A stretch of DNA of 64,000 nt from Deltaproteobacteria bacterium (GCA_031396445.1 JANNKU010000114.1:13877-77876), one strand, 5' to 3'; counted from the first letter of the stretch, positions 18,250 to 28,320 are shown. Notes: generated by a model not told the origin, from the sequence alone. Numbers and translations are program-made.

Positions 18250-19884
18250 ATGCGACGCAGCGTCGCTCGGCTCATTGCCATCTGCTTTGCGACGACGACG
18301 GTGTCGGGCTTCGCAAACGCTGAGGAACCGACGGCATCCCTGCTGCCGGCATCCAGCGAGACGCTGCCGCTGGAAGACGGCGTGCTGAAACTATCGTTGC
18401 TCGAGGCGGTGCGACTCTCGGTCCAGCGCTCTCTCGATGTGCAGCTGCTGCGCTTCGACCCTTATATTGCGGAAGAGGAACTCGATGCCGCTTGGGGTCT
18501 CTACGATCCCGCGCTCTATGGCGAGGGCGGCTACCAGAAAGCCGAGAACCTCACCGCGTCGCAGATCCTCGGCAACGTGGTGCTCGGGCAGGAAGAGTGG
18601 GCTGGCGAGGCGGGCGTGCAAGGCCTGATTCCGTGGCTCGGTGGTTCCTATCAAGCCGGCTACCAGGGTTCGGAACTGGTGACCAACTCGCGCATCTCGG
18701 TGCTCTCGCCGGAGTTCCGCTCGGGCTTCAACGCGTCGGTGCAGGTGCCGCTGTTGCGCGGCCTGTTCTGGAGCGATGAGTGGACGCTGGTGCGCGTCCG
18801 CCGGATCGGCGCGGCTGCATCGGAAGACAGGTTCGACTCCGAGTTGATGACCCAGGTGCAGAACACCGAGGATTCCTATTGGGGCTTGATCGCGGCGCAG
18901 GACAGCACGCGCGTCGCCCAGAAGAGTCTCGAGACGGCGAACGCGCTGCTGTCGCAAACACAGGCGCAGTACGAAGTCGGCGTCGTCTCGCGCGTGGAAG
19001 TCGTGCAAGCGGAAGCCGGCGTCGCGGACCGCGAGTTCAAGCTGATCCGCGCGAATGCGATCGAGCGCAACGCGCAGGATGCGCTGATCGACACCGTGCT
19101 GGGTCCCTATCTCGAGCCCGAGTCCGAGATCACCGTCGAGCCGACGGATCGCCCCGATGAGATGCCGGTGAAGGCCGTGAGCGCTGCGGCGGCAACGGAA
19201 CACGCAATGGCCCGCCGCCCCGAGATCCAGCTCGCCCGCGCGGACATCGAGCGTCGCATGATCGAAGTCAAAGCGACGGGCAACAAGCGGCTGCCGCAGC
19301 TCGACGTCATCGCGAATTACGGCAAAGGCGGACTCGCGGGCCGCGTCAGTCCGGACTGCGTGGACTTCACGAGCGGCGTTCCCTGCACGGAGCCCCCTGG
19401 GATCCGCCCGAAGTTCAGCGACTCGCACCGCGACCTCTTCAACGCACAATCCGCCGAGAGCTACGGCGTTCGGGGGTTGCTCTCGATTCCGCTCGGCAAC
19501 AACACCGCACGCCACCAGCACGCCAAGGCGGAGTTCGAGTTGCGCCGCGCAGAGACGGCGCTGGTGCGCCTCGAACAATCGATCGTCAGCGAGATCCGGC
19601 GTGCGGCGCGCAATCTGCTCGCATCGGTGCAGGGCATCGAGGCGGCGAACCGCGCCGAGTCTGCCGCAGCCGAGCAGCTGCGCGCCGAGCGCGTGCGGCT
19701 CGAGCACGGCGAGTCCACGCCCTTCGACGTGCTGCTGCGCGAGCAAGACCTGGTGCAGGCGCAGTCCCAGAAGATCCTCGCGCAGAACACCTATCACAAC
19801 TCGATCACCGCACTCGACCGCGCCCAGGGGACGATCCTCGAGCGCAATCAAATCGTCGTCGAAGAGGCGGCAGTGCTGCGGTAG
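18250..19884 (+). CDS. TolC family outer-membrane efflux protein
   Basis: Trimmed from ORF 17887..19884 to ATG 18250 (MRRSVARLIAICFATTTVSGFANA), which has GAGGAGGGGG upstream. It shows the two-repeat OEP architecture. Confidence 0.85.
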   Translation: MRRSVARLIAICFATTTVSGFANAEEPTASLLPASSETLPLEDGVLKLSLLEAVRLSVQRSLDVQLLRFDPYIAEEELDAAWGLYDPALYGEGGYQKAENLTASQILGNVVLGQEEWAGEAGVQGLIPWLGGSYQAGYQGSELVTNSRISVLSPEFRSGFNASVQVPLLRGLFWSDEWTLVRVRRIGAAASEDRFDSELMTQVQNTEDSYWGLIAAQDSTRVAQKSLETANALLSQTQAQYEVGVVSRVEVVQAEAGVADREFKLIRANAIERNAQDALIDTVLGPYLEPESEITVEPTDRPDEMPVKAVSAAAATEHAMARRPEIQLARADIERRMIEVKATGNKRLPQLDVIANYGKGGLAGRVSPDCVDFTSGVPCTEPPGIRPKFSDSHRDLFNAQSAESYGVRGLLSIPLGNNTARHQHAKAEFELRRAETALVRLEQSIVSEIRRAARNLLASVQGIEAANRAESAAAEQLRAERVRLEHGESTPFDVLLREQDLVQAQSQKILAQNTYHNSITALDRAQGTILERNQIVVEEAAVLR

Positions 19885-19989
19885 ACTGCGCGCGCTTCGG
19901 GGCACGGCGCGTAGCGCCCGACCCGCGAAAGCATTCAAAGTCTTTCGGAGTCAGCCGGAGTTCATCCGAGTCATGCAAGCGGAGACGTC

Positions 19990-20580
19990 GTGAGTCTATT
20001 CGATCGACGCAAGAGAGACGGAGAGTCGGGCGAGATTCAAACGCCCGAGCCGACTGCGGCCCGGGAACCCGTGGCCGCGCAAGGCGGTCCGGAAAGGAGT
20101 GCGACGGTGTCCAGTCCGCTGGTGCAACCGAAGCCGACGCAAGCAACTGCGGTCGCAGGGGGGAACATGGCCAATATCGGCAAGTCGATCACATTGAAGG
20201 GCGATCTCTCCGGCAATGAGGACCTCGTCATCGAGGGCCACATCGAAGGCCGGGTCGATCTGCCGAGCAACCAGCTGACGATCGGCGCGAACGGTTCGTG
20301 CTCCGCCGAGGTGCACGCGAAGACGGTCGTCGTCATCGGCAAGGTGAACGGCAACGTCATCGCGACCGAGCGCATCGAGATCCAGGCCACCGGACTCGTC
20401 AACGGTGACGTCTCCGCGCCGAAGCTGATCGTGCAAGAAGGCGCCGTGGTGAACGGCTCGATCGAGATGGGGAACAAGGCGAAGGCTTCGCAGGCCGCCG
20501 CGGCCGGACTCGTCTCGACGTCGCCCTCGTCCCCGCCGTCGAGCGGCGGCTACGGCGGCGAGAAGAAGGCCCTGCCTTAG
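19990..20580 (+). CDS. Bactofilin (polymer-forming cytoskeletal protein)
   Basis: 196 aa with a GTG start. The beta-helical core reads SITLKGDLSGNEDLVIEGHIEGRV...VNGDVSAPKLIVQEGAVVNGSIEM, and the C-tail is Pro/Ser-rich. Confidence 0.85.
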   Translation: MSLFDRRKRDGESGEIQTPEPTAAREPVAAQGGPERSATVSSPLVQPKPTQATAVAGGNMANIGKSITLKGDLSGNEDLVIEGHIEGRVDLPSNQLTIGANGSCSAEVHAKTVVVIGKVNGNVIATERIEIQATGLVNGDVSAPKLIVQEGAVVNGSIEMGNKAKASQAAAAGLVSTSPSSPPSSGGYGGEKKALP

Positions 20581-20622
20581 TCCAACGAGTGCAATCGCGA
20601 GCGACGCTGCGTCGCCGCGATG

Positions 20623-20671
20623 CAACGAAAACGCGCTGTCGCGGCGAGAGCCGGACAGCGCGTTTTCGTTG
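20623..20671. terminator. Bidirectional intrinsic-terminator-like hairpin between convergent bactofilin and secF
   Basis: There is a perfect 18-bp inverted repeat, CAACGAAAACGCGCTGTC (20623-20640) and GACAGCGCGTTTTCGTTG (20654-20671). Three further pairs form in the 13-nt loop. T-runs sit at the stem ends on both strands. Confidence 0.55.
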
Positions 20672-20698
20672 TGGATCGTTGCGAAGCGGATCGGAACG

Positions 20699-21676
20699 CT
20701 AAGCGCGCGCCTTCGCGGGCTTCCCGCCATTCTTCTTCTTGCCGCCCAGCTTCGGATCGCCGGCGTTCTTGCGCTCGGTGAGCAGCAGCATGATCGGCGA
20801 CGCGATGTAGACGGTCGAATAGCTGCCGACGACGATGCCGATCGCCATCGTCGCAGCGAACGGAAAGATCACCTCGCCGCCCAGGATCACCAGTGCGAGC
20901 ACCGCGAGCAGCGTGGCGCCCGACGTCAGGATCGTTCGCGAGAGCGTCTGGTTGATGGCCTGGTTGATCACCGACGGGAGATCCTGCGCGGTGTGGAGGC
21001 CCATCACCTCGCGAATGCGGTCGAAGATCACGATCGTGTCGTTGATGCTGTAGCCGATCAGCGCGAGCAGCGCGGCCAGCACCTGGAGATCGAACTGCTG
21101 GCCGCAGAGCAACCAGATCGACGACGTCACAAGCACATCGTGGATCAACGCGATCACGCCGCCGGGCGCGAACTGGATCGAGAAGCGGAAGCCGACGTAG
21201 ACCAGGATCAGCGCGAACGCGATCAGCATCGACTTGACGCCGGCTCTGCGCAGTTCGGCTCCAACCTTGGGACCCACGAACTCGACGCGATCGACGCTGA
21301 GTCCGCCGACCTGCTCGGTGAGCGCCTTCTGGATGCGATCCACGATCTGGTTCTGCTCGGCGCCCTGATCTTCGTTGCCACCCTGGAAGCGAATCAAGAA
21401 CTCGGGCGTCTTGTCGACATCGCCGTAGCGAACCACGCTCGGCTCGCCGACGCCCACGCTCTGCACCGCGTCGCGAATCTTCGATTCGTTCGCTTCCACG
21501 CCCTCCGCGAAGCGCACCTGGACTTCGGTGCCACCCACGAAGTCGATGCCCCAACGAATCCCGATCACAGGGATCGCAGCCAGGCCCAGCAGGATGATCG
21601 CGAGCGATCCTGCGACGCAGTACTTCCACTTCCCGATGAAGTCGTAGTGGGTATCGGGCCGAATCAGCTCGAACAC
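20699..21676 (-). CDS. secF: Protein translocase subunit SecF
   Basis: 325 aa, starting MFELIRPDTHYDFIGKWKY, with the typical SecF TM bundle. Confidence 0.95.
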   Translation of the reverse strand: MFELIRPDTHYDFIGKWKYCVAGSLAIILLGLAAIPVIGIRWGIDFVGGTEVQVRFAEGVEANESKIRDAVQSVGVGEPSVVRYGDVDKTPEFLIRFQGGNEDQGAEQNQIVDRIQKALTEQVGGLSVDRVEFVGPKVGAELRRAGVKSMLIAFALILVYVGFRFSIQFAPGGVIALIHDVLVTSSIWLLCGQQFDLQVLAALLALIGYSINDTIVIFDRIREVMGLHTAQDLPSVINQAINQTLSRTILTSGATLLAVLALVILGGEVIFPFAATMAIGIVVGSYSTVYIASPIMLLLTERKNAGDPKLGGKKKNGGKPAKARA

Positions 21677-21686
21677 GCCAGTCTCC

Positions 21687-23276
21687 TCAGATCGACAGGG
21701 TCTGTACCGGCCGATTGCCGGGATACAGATCGAAGAGCAGGCGCGGGATCACGAGCGACGAATAGACGCTCGTAATGATGCCGATGCAGAGCGTCACCGC
21801 GAAGCCCTTGATCGGTCCCGTGCCATATTGGAACAGCACGAGCCCCGCGAGCAGCGTCGTGATGTTGGCGTCCATGACGGTCCAGAACGCTTTATTGAAG
21901 CCAGTGCGGATCGCCGCGCGCGGCAGCTTGCCGGCGCGCAACTCGTCGCGAATGCGTTCGTAGATGATCACGTTGGCGTCGATCGCCATGCCGACGGTGA
22001 GCACCAGGCCGGCGATGCCCGGCATCGTCAGCGTCGCGCCAGACATGCCCATGATGCCGAGCAGGAAGACGACGTTCGCGAGCAGACCGAGCGTCGCGTA
22101 CACGCCAGAGAGCTGGTAGTAGATCATCGCGAACGCGGCGACGAGGCCAAAGCCGAGCAGCGAAGCCCAGATGCCGCTGCGGATCGAATCGGCGCCGAGC
22201 GCCGGGCCGATCGTGCGCTCTTCCTCGATCTTCATCGGAACCGGCAGCGAGCCGGCGCGCAGGATCACCGACAGATCGGCCGCGCTATCCGAATCGAAGC
22301 GACCATGGATGAAACCGCGACCGCCACCGATGCGCGTCTGCAGACTCGGCGCGCTGGCGACCTGACCGTCTAGCAAGATCGCGAGACGCTTGCCGATATT
22401 GTCACCCGTGATCTTGCCGAACTTAGTCGCGCCGTCGGAGTTGAAGGTGAAGTTGACGATCCAGCCGTAGCGAGGGTCCATGCCCGAGCGCGCATCCGTA
22501 AGCGCCTCGCCCGTCAGATTCGCGGACTTCGAAACCAGATACGCACCGAGCACGCGCTCGGTGTCCTTCTCCTTCTCGAAGACGATCACGGACTCCGGCG
22601 GCAACCCATCCGGGTGTCGCTTGCGCAACAGCTCCTCGGTGGGCGCCTCATCGAGGACGATCTTGAACTCGAGGAAGCCGGTCTTCTGCAACAGATTGCG
22701 CGCCTGCTCGCGATCGAGCTGGCCACCCGGAATCTGCACGAGCACGCGGTCTTCGCCCTGCTGCGTCACGACCGATTCCGGGATGCCCTGGATCGGATCA
22801 TCCACGCGACGCCGCACGACCTCCAGCATTTGCTGGACGCTGCGATAACGAACCTCGCGCTCCCACTCCGCAGTCAGCTTGAAGTCGAGCCGATTGCCGT
22901 CGCTGCTCGCGACCTCGAGAACCTGGGTTTCGATCGCAGCCTCGCGAATCATCGCGACGTCTTCGGGGCGTGCGGCTTCGATCATCAGTTGGCCGTTCTC
23001 GACCGTGATTCGAGCCGGCGTGATCTTCTTTTCCGTGAACGATTCCTGCAGCGATGCGCGCAGCACGTCGAGTTCGTGCTCGATCGCGACGGCCAGATCC
23101 GGGCCGAGCACCCAGTGGATGCCGCCCTGCAGATCGAGGCCCAGCCGGATCCCGCTGTCGGGAAGCCAGGGGCTGGCCTTGCGAACCGACGCGGGAAAGA
23201 AATTCGCCAGCGTGTACCAGCCGAAGAGAAGGAGGCTCGCGACGACTCCGAACACCCTCCATCGCGATCCGCTCAC
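21687..23276 (-). CDS. secD: Protein translocase subunit SecD
   Basis: 529 aa, containing LGLDLQGGIHWVL. The GTG start forms a GTGA overlap with the yajC stop. Confidence 0.95.
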   Translation of the reverse strand: MSGSRWRVFGVVASLLLFGWYTLANFFPASVRKASPWLPDSGIRLGLDLQGGIHWVLGPDLAVAIEHELDVLRASLQESFTEKKITPARITVENGQLMIEAARPEDVAMIREAAIETQVLEVASSDGNRLDFKLTAEWEREVRYRSVQQMLEVVRRRVDDPIQGIPESVVTQQGEDRVLVQIPGGQLDREQARNLLQKTGFLEFKIVLDEAPTEELLRKRHPDGLPPESVIVFEKEKDTERVLGAYLVSKSANLTGEALTDARSGMDPRYGWIVNFTFNSDGATKFGKITGDNIGKRLAILLDGQVASAPSLQTRIGGGRGFIHGRFDSDSAADLSVILRAGSLPVPMKIEEERTIGPALGADSIRSGIWASLLGFGLVAAFAMIYYQLSGVYATLGLLANVVFLLGIMGMSGATLTMPGIAGLVLTVGMAIDANVIIYERIRDELRAGKLPRAAIRTGFNKAFWTVMDANITTLLAGLVLFQYGTGPIKGFAVTLCIGIITSVYSSLVIPRLLFDLYPGNRPVQTLSI

Positions 23277-23617
23277 TCGCCCTCTCCTTTGCCCTTGCCC
23301 AGCACCCGATCGATGCGCGCGCGGTCCACCTTCACGCGCAGCGGTTGGCCGTTGCCCGCGCCGATCTCGATCGTCAGTACGTCGTCCGTGGCGCCGGTCA
23401 CGGTGCCGTGAAGGCCCCCGCTGGTGACCACCCGATCGCCCTTCTCCACGCGCTTGAGCAACTCATCGTGCTCCTTCTGGCGCTTCGTCTGGGGCCGGAT
23501 CAGCAGGAAGTAGAAGATGACGAAGATCAATGCCATCGGAAGCAGGAAGCCGATCGGCGATTGCGGCGACGGGGCGCCCGCCGCCTGCAACGGAATCACA
23601 GCCAGGAATGCATTCAA
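23273..23617 (-). CDS. yajC: Preprotein translocase subunit YajC
   Basis: Trimmed from ORF 23273..23776 to TTG 23617, which forms a TTGA overlap with the upstream stop and has GGAG about 8 nt upstream. The core motif is IFVIFYFLLIRPQTKRQKEH. An internal ATG (MALIFV) is an alternative start. Confidence 0.75.
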   Translation of the reverse strand: MNAFLAVIPLQAAGAPSPQSPIGFLLPMALIFVIFYFLLIRPQTKRQKEHDELLKRVEKGDRVVTSGGLHGTVTGATDDVLTIEIGAGNGQPLRVKVDRARIDRVLGKGKGEGE

Positions 23618-24771
23618 TGGGAAGCTCCGACTTCGCCGGCATGAGCCGCGAGAACGGATGTTCCTGCGACACGCGCGGTCTGCGATGAAATGCGTTCGAT
23701 GCGCGCGCCCGGATAGAAGCGCGCGAGGATCTGTCGATGGTTCGAGCCGCTTCGCGCGAGTGCGCGCGCGCCCCACTGGCTCATGCCGACACCATGGCCG
23801 TTGCCGGAGCCGACGAAGACGAAGCCATCTGCCGTGCGCCGCACTTCGAAGAGAGTGCTGCGCAGTCGCGTCGCCCCGAGGACGCGCCGCAGCGACTCGC
23901 CCGAGAGCGCGACATCACCATCGCTGCCGCGCACGCGCAACGTGGCGCTGCGCCCGCTCGGCGTGCGCTCGGCGACCGTCACGTCGCGCACGCGTCCAAC
24001 TCCCTTGCCCGCCGCATCGAGCGCAGCGGCGAGGTGGTCGCTCGAAACCGGCGCGCGCCAGTACGTGTCGGGCGAATCTTCCTCGCCCGGGACACCGACA
24101 CTCACCAGGTAGGGAACCGCGCGGCCCCACACTTCGGCGGCCGTCGCCGTGCGACCGCCCGCCGCGGAATGGAATGCGGCGAGAATTGGCGCGCCATCGA
24201 AGGTGAGGATCTGCGCGCGGGTCGCCTCGACCGCCTCGAGCACGGCCGGCGTCTCGCCACCCTCGCCTAAATACACCTGCCCGGCAGTACTCGCCTCGAC
24301 GTCATAGTCGGGCGATCGCGGATGGGCGCGTCGGTGCAGCGCGTAGGTGCGGATTGCGATCGCTTGCGCGCGCAGCACCACGTCGCCGAATCCTTCAGAC
24401 ACTTCGCCCAGCAATGTTCCCGCCACGTAATCCTCGAGCGCCAATTCGTTCACGACGCGCAGTCCGCCAGCGTGCCGGATCAATTTCAAGCTTCCGCGAA
24501 CGCGCCGTCCATCCACTTCGTGCGGGCCCGGCGCTTCGATCTGCGTTGGACCACGACGCACTTTGCCGTCGATCCGCACGCTCGTTACCTCGTCGAGAAT
24601 CACTACGCGAATCGAGATCGCAGGCGTTCCCGCAAAAGCCGCAATGGGTATGAGCGCCCCGATCCACAGAGCGACGAGCGCGCTCCAAATGCTTGCGAAA
24701 CACCAACGGCGACGACGCCGCAGGCACACGGACCCCTCTCGGGGTCCCACGCCCTCGCCCCCCCCATGCAT
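23614..24771 (-). CDS. SpoIID/LytB domain protein
   Basis: 385 aa with an N-terminal anchor. Motifs include RTYALHRR, SAAGGRTATAAEVWG and GHGVGMSQWGA. Confidence 0.85.
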   Translation of the reverse strand: MHGGGEGVGPREGSVCLRRRRRWCFASIWSALVALWIGALIPIAAFAGTPAISIRVVILDEVTSVRIDGKVRRGPTQIEAPGPHEVDGRRVRGSLKLIRHAGGLRVVNELALEDYVAGTLLGEVSEGFGDVVLRAQAIAIRTYALHRRAHPRSPDYDVEASTAGQVYLGEGGETPAVLEAVEATRAQILTFDGAPILAAFHSAAGGRTATAAEVWGRAVPYLVSVGVPGEEDSPDTYWRAPVSSDHLAAALDAAGKGVGRVRDVTVAERTPSGRSATLRVRGSDGDVALSGESLRRVLGATRLRSTLFEVRRTADGFVFVGSGNGHGVGMSQWGARALARSGSNHRQILARFYPGARIERISSQTARVAGTSVLAAHAGEVGASH

Positions 24772-24841
24772 GGGCGAGGGTTATGGCACGGAGACCCAAC
24801 GGGCGCAAGCAAGTGCGAGGCGGCCGACGCCGCCTCTGCCG

Positions 24842-26011
24842 CTACTTCGCCGCGTCGCGCGCGAGCGCTTCGGCCTTCGTGGTCTCCTCCCACGGGAAAC
24901 CCTGGTCTTCGCGTCCGAAGTGTCCGTGATAGGAAGTTGCGCGATAGATCGGTCGCAGCAGATTCAGGCCATCGACGATGCCGCGCGGCGTGAGATCGAA
25001 ATGCTTGCGCACCAGCCGCTCGAGATCCGACTGCGAAAGCTTCGAGGTGCCGAACGAATCGACGCGAATCGAGACCGGCTCGGCGACGCCGATCGCGTAC
25101 GCGACCTGCACTTCGCAGCGCGTCGCGACACCCGCCTTCACCAGATTCTTCGCCACCCAACGCGCCGCATAGGCCGCGCTGCGATCGACCTTGGTCGGAT
25201 CCTTGCCGGAGAACGCGCCGCCGCCGTGGCGACCCATGCCTCCGTAAGTATCGACGATGATCTTGCGGCCCGTGAGACCGGCATCGCCCATCGGCCCGCC
25301 CACCACGAAGCGGCCGGTCGGATTGACGTGGAAGATCGTGTCGTCGTCCACCAGCTTGGCGGGCAGCGCCGGACGGATCACCTTCTCGATGACGTCCTTG
25401 CGCAGCTTGTCGTAGCCGACTTCCGGCGCATGCTGCGTCGAGAGCACCACCGCCGCAATGCGCACCGGCTGGTGGTGATCGTCGTACTCGACGGTGACCT
25501 GCGACTTCGCATCCGGCCGCAAGTAGTCGATCTCGCCGCTCTCGAAGTGCGTGCGATGCATCTCCATCAGTTTGTGCGCGAGGCGAATCGGCGCGGGCAT
25601 CAGCTCCGCCGTCTCATTGCACGCGAAGCCGAACATCATTCCCTGGTCGCCGGCGCCCTGCTCCTTGTGCAGACCCTCGCCTTCCGTCACGCCCTGCGAG
25701 ATGTCGCGCGACTGCTGGCCGAGCGCGACGAGAACACCGCAGGTCTCGGCGTCGAAACCCATGTCGGACGACGTGTATCCGATGTCGCGAACGACCTGAC
25801 GCGCGAGGTGTTCGTACTCGACGTGCGCGGCAGTGGTGATCTCGCCGGCCAGCACGATGAAGCCGGTCTTGGCGAGAGATTCGCAAGCGACGCGCGAACG
25901 CGGATCCTGTTCGAGCAGCGCGTCGAGAACCGCATCCGAAATCTGATCGCACATCTTGTCCGGGTGTCCCATCGACACCGACTCGGACGTGAACAACGAG
26001 CGGGAAGCCAT
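24842..26011 (-). CDS. metK: S-adenosylmethionine synthase
   Basis: 389 aa, with [20 protein letters not shown] and [19 protein letters not shown]. Confidence 0.97.
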   Translation of the reverse strand: MASRSLFTSESVSMGHPDKMCDQISDAVLDALLEQDPRSRVACESLAKTGFIVLAGEITTAAHVEYEHLARQVVRDIGYTSSDMGFDAETCGVLVALGQQSRDISQGVTEGEGLHKEQGAGDQGMMFGFACNETAELMPAPIRLAHKLMEMHRTHFESGEIDYLRPDAKSQVTVEYDDHHQPVRIAAVVLSTQHAPEVGYDKLRKDVIEKVIRPALPAKLVDDDTIFHVNPTGRFVVGGPMGDAGLTGRKIIVDTYGGMGRHGGGAFSGKDPTKVDRSAAYAARWVAKNLVKAGVATRCEVQVAYAIGVAEPVSIRVDSFGTSKLSQSDLERLVRKHFDLTPRGIVDGLNLLRPIYRATSYHGHFGREDQGFPWEETTKAEALARDAAK

Positions 26012-26099
26012 GCGAATTCTCCTCTGGCCTGGAATCTGGGGCGCCGCAGTCTAAGTGACGACCCGGCTGGACTCAAACGGGGCTGATGCTGCGGCGGAT

Positions 26100-26396
26100 C
26101 TAGCCGCCGTCGCCTTCGAGCGGCTGCTCGAGCACCTGCCCGAGCGCAGCGACGGCCTTCTCGGCATCGGCGCCTACGGCGCGCAAGCGCAGGCGGGTTC
26201 CGAAAGAGGCAGCCAGCGAGAGCAGCGACAACACGCTGCGCCCGTTGACCCACTCGCTCGGCTCGCCGGCGCGCGTGACTTCGATCTCGGCCTGAAAGCG
26301 CGAGGCGAGCGCGACGAATCGACCCGCAGGCCGCGCGTGAAGACCGAGCGTGTGGCGCACCGTGAACTCGCCCTCGCAGGCGGCCCCATCGCTCAC
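26100..26396 (-). CDS. ptsH: HPr-family phosphocarrier protein
   Basis: Trimmed to GTG 26396, which forms a GTGA overlap with the EIIA stop. 98 aa. The His site is GLHARPAG and the Ser site is NGRSVLSLLSL. Confidence 0.85.
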   Translation of the reverse strand: MSDGAACEGEFTVRHTLGLHARPAGRFVALASRFQAEIEVTRAGEPSEWVNGRSVLSLLSLAASFGTRLRLRAVGADAEKAVAALGQVLEQPLEGDGG

Positions 26397-26839
26397 TTGC
26401 GTCCTTCCGGGAGAATCTCCGACGCCACGCGAATGTTCCGTTGACCGTATTCCTTGATGAAGGTCGCCAGCTCCTCGAGCGGCCGCTGATCGGTCATCGT
26501 CGCGAGCTTGATCAGCATCGGGAGGTTCAAACCGGTGACCACCTCGACGCGGTGTTCTTCGAGGAACGACAAGCCCATGTTCGACGGTGTGCCGCCGAAC
26601 ATGTCGGTGAGGATCAACACACCTTCGCCGCTCTGATGACTCCGCGGACCCGTGCCTTCGCAGTTCGCATCGGCGCGGCGCAGCGCATCGGCGATCGCCT
26701 CGCGCATCTCGTCGACGGATTGCTTCGGATCGATCGACACCGCCTGAAACGGCGGTGCGTCGGGCACGATCAGTCGCAGTGCCTGCAAGAACTCTTCGCC
26801 GAGCCGGTAGTGGGTCACGATCACGACGCCGGGTGCCAT
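26393..26839 (-). CDS. PTS EIIA component, mannose/fructose class
   Basis: Trimmed to ATG 26839 (MAPGVVIVTHYRLGEE...LTDMFGGTPSN), 148 aa. Confidence 0.85.
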   Translation of the reverse strand: MAPGVVIVTHYRLGEEFLQALRLIVPDAPPFQAVSIDPKQSVDEMREAIADALRRADANCEGTGPRSHQSGEGVLILTDMFGGTPSNMGLSFLEEHRVEVVTGLNLPMLIKLATMTDQRPLEELATFIKEYGQRNIRVASEILPEGRK

Positions 26840-27708
26840 CACGCTTCCTTTTCCACGTCTCGATGCTGCACGTTGACCTCGCGGCCGCTCTGGCGCAACC
26901 GTTCGGCGAGTCGCGTCGCGACCGCCACCGATCGATGCCGACCGCCAGTGCAACCAATTCCGATCGTCAGATACGCCTTGCCTTCGGTGTCGTAGCGCTC
27001 GAGCAAGTAGTCGAGAAAGGCGCCGAGCCGCGAAAGGAGCTCCTGCGTGCGCTCGTGTTCGAGCACGTAGCTGGCGACATCCTCGTCGAGTCCCGTCTTG
27101 GCGCGCAGCAACGGCTCGAAATGCGGATTCGGCAGGAAGCGCACGTCGAAGAGCAACTCCGCCGCGGGCGGGATGCCATAGCGATAGCCGAACGAGATCA
27201 GCGTCACGACACTCGGCTTCCCTTCGCCCGTCACCCAACGCACCACGGCGTCGCGCAGTTGGTGGATGTTCAGGCGCGACGTGTCGAGCACGTAGTCGGC
27301 GAGGCGCGCGACATCCTCGAGCAGCGCGCGTTCGCGCAGCGTTCCCTGTTCGACGGTGCCTACCGGCGACAGCGGGTGCACGCGGCGCGTCTCGCGATAG
27401 CGCGACACCAGCACTTCGTCGGCACAGTCGAGAAAGAGCACGTCGGCGCGCGCTCCGCCGGCGCGAATCGCCTGCACGACGGCGGGAAAGCCCTTGAGGA
27501 ATGCCGCCTCCCGCGCATCGAGCGCCATCGCAATATTGCGTACGGGCGGGTTCGCCTTCGCGCAGAGATCGACGAACTGCTCGATCAACTGCGGCGGGAT
27601 GTTGTCGACGCCGTAGAAACCCAGGTCCTCGAGCGCGCCCATCGCCGTCGTGCGACCGCTGCCCGAGAGACCCGAGACGAAGACGATGCGCGTTCCGTCG
27701 TGACTCAT
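26839..27708 (-). CDS. rapZ: RNase adapter / nucleotide-binding protein RapZ (YhbJ)
   Basis: Trimmed to ATG 27708 (MSHDGTRIVFVSGLSGSGRTTAMGALEDLGFYGVDNIPP). It forms an ATGA overlap with hprK. Confidence 0.9.
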   Translation of the reverse strand: MSHDGTRIVFVSGLSGSGRTTAMGALEDLGFYGVDNIPPQLIEQFVDLCAKANPPVRNIAMALDAREAAFLKGFPAVVQAIRAGGARADVLFLDCADEVLVSRYRETRRVHPLSPVGTVEQGTLRERALLEDVARLADYVLDTSRLNIHQLRDAVVRWVTGEGKPSVVTLISFGYRYGIPPAAELLFDVRFLPNPHFEPLLRAKTGLDEDVASYVLEHERTQELLSRLGAFLDYLLERYDTEGKAYLTIGIGCTGGRHRSVAVATRLAERLRQSGREVNVQHRDVEKEA

Positions 27709-28229
27709 CGCCGCTCGCCCTCGGCGCGCAGGCGATCGTCGAGGCGACTCGCGGCGCTGCGGCCCGCGCGGCGATGCACGTGATCGCGCACGGCGACCTC
27801 GACGAGTGTCGCGAGGCTGCCCGCCGGTCGCGCAGGCAACAGCAGCGCGGGCAACGGCACGCCGTCCCAGGATTCGAGCGGTCGCTCGAGCCCGACGCGT
27901 TCTACCTCGAGATCCGGGCGCCATTCGGCGAGCCGGCACACCAGCCCGACCTCGGCGCGCTCGGCCACCGCATCGGGTCCGAAGAGATCGGGCAGGTACA
28001 CGATGCCGATGCCGCGCAGCTCCATGTGGTGGCGGATCAGCTCAGGCGACTCGCCGAAGAGTCGGCCTTCGCCATCGCGCTCCAGCACCACGACATCATC
28101 CGCCACCAATCGGTGACCTCGCCGCACGAGTTCGAGCGCGCACTCGCTCTTGCCGATGCCGCTCGGCCCGAGGAGCAGGACACCGACGCCCTGCACATCG
28201 ACGAGCGCTCCATGAGCGCGTGCCGTCAT
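27705..28229 (-). CDS. hprK: HPr kinase/phosphorylase, short form (catalytic domain only)
   Basis: 174 aa with the P-loop LLLGPSGIGKSECALEL and the motif HHMELRGIGIV. An in-frame stop lies 10 codons upstream of the ATG, so no N-terminal domain is present. Confidence 0.85.
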   Translation of the reverse strand: MTARAHGALVDVQGVGVLLLGPSGIGKSECALELVRRGHRLVADDVVVLERDGEGRLFGESPELIRHHMELRGIGIVYLPDLFGPDAVAERAEVGLVCRLAEWRPDLEVERVGLERPLESWDGVPLPALLLPARPAGSLATLVEVAVRDHVHRRAGRSAASRLDDRLRAEGERR

Positions 28230-28235
28230 AGGAAG

Positions 28236-28320
28236 TGCCCGCTCGCCTTTGGCTCGCTACGGCGGAAACGAACGCTTTGGCTTCGGTCGCCGCTCGGTCC
28301 TTCGTGACCTGCTGCGCGGG
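28236..28320. repeat. Two degenerate copies of the CTCGCTACGCGG-type intergenic repeat (ptsN-hprK spacer)
   Basis: GTGCCCGCTCGCCTTTGGCTCGCTACGGCGGA and GTCGCCGCTCGGTCCTTCGTGACCTGCTGCGCGGG align with the array cores at 43253-43494. Confidence 0.4.

Noticed and set aside
19911-19927. I noticed possible further degenerate members of the repeat family: GTAGCGCCCGACCCGCG after the tolC-like gene, and GTAGCGCGGGCTGCTCCGACCCGCAGCGGGTC at 32593-32624.
   Set aside because: The shared strings (GTAGCGC and CCGACCCGC) are short and G+C-rich. Chance occurrence in 64 kb of this composition is plausible, so a statistical scan is needed before calling them.
26012-26099. I looked for a SAM riboswitch in the metK leader.
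   Set aside because: On the minus strand I see only one stem (CCGCCGCAG / CTGCGGCG) closing a loop of about 38 nt, plus an AGGAGA Shine-Dalgarno sequence. I could not recognise conserved SAM-I, SAM-II, SAM-V or SAM-SAH features by eye. An Rfam scan would settle it.
28230-28320. I considered whether the spacer upstream of the short hprK is a decayed remnant of the missing N-terminal domain.
   Set aside because: An in-frame stop lies 10 codons upstream of the ATG (28257-28259). The 91 bp are accounted for by repeat-family sequence and are far too short to have encoded a domain of about 130 aa.
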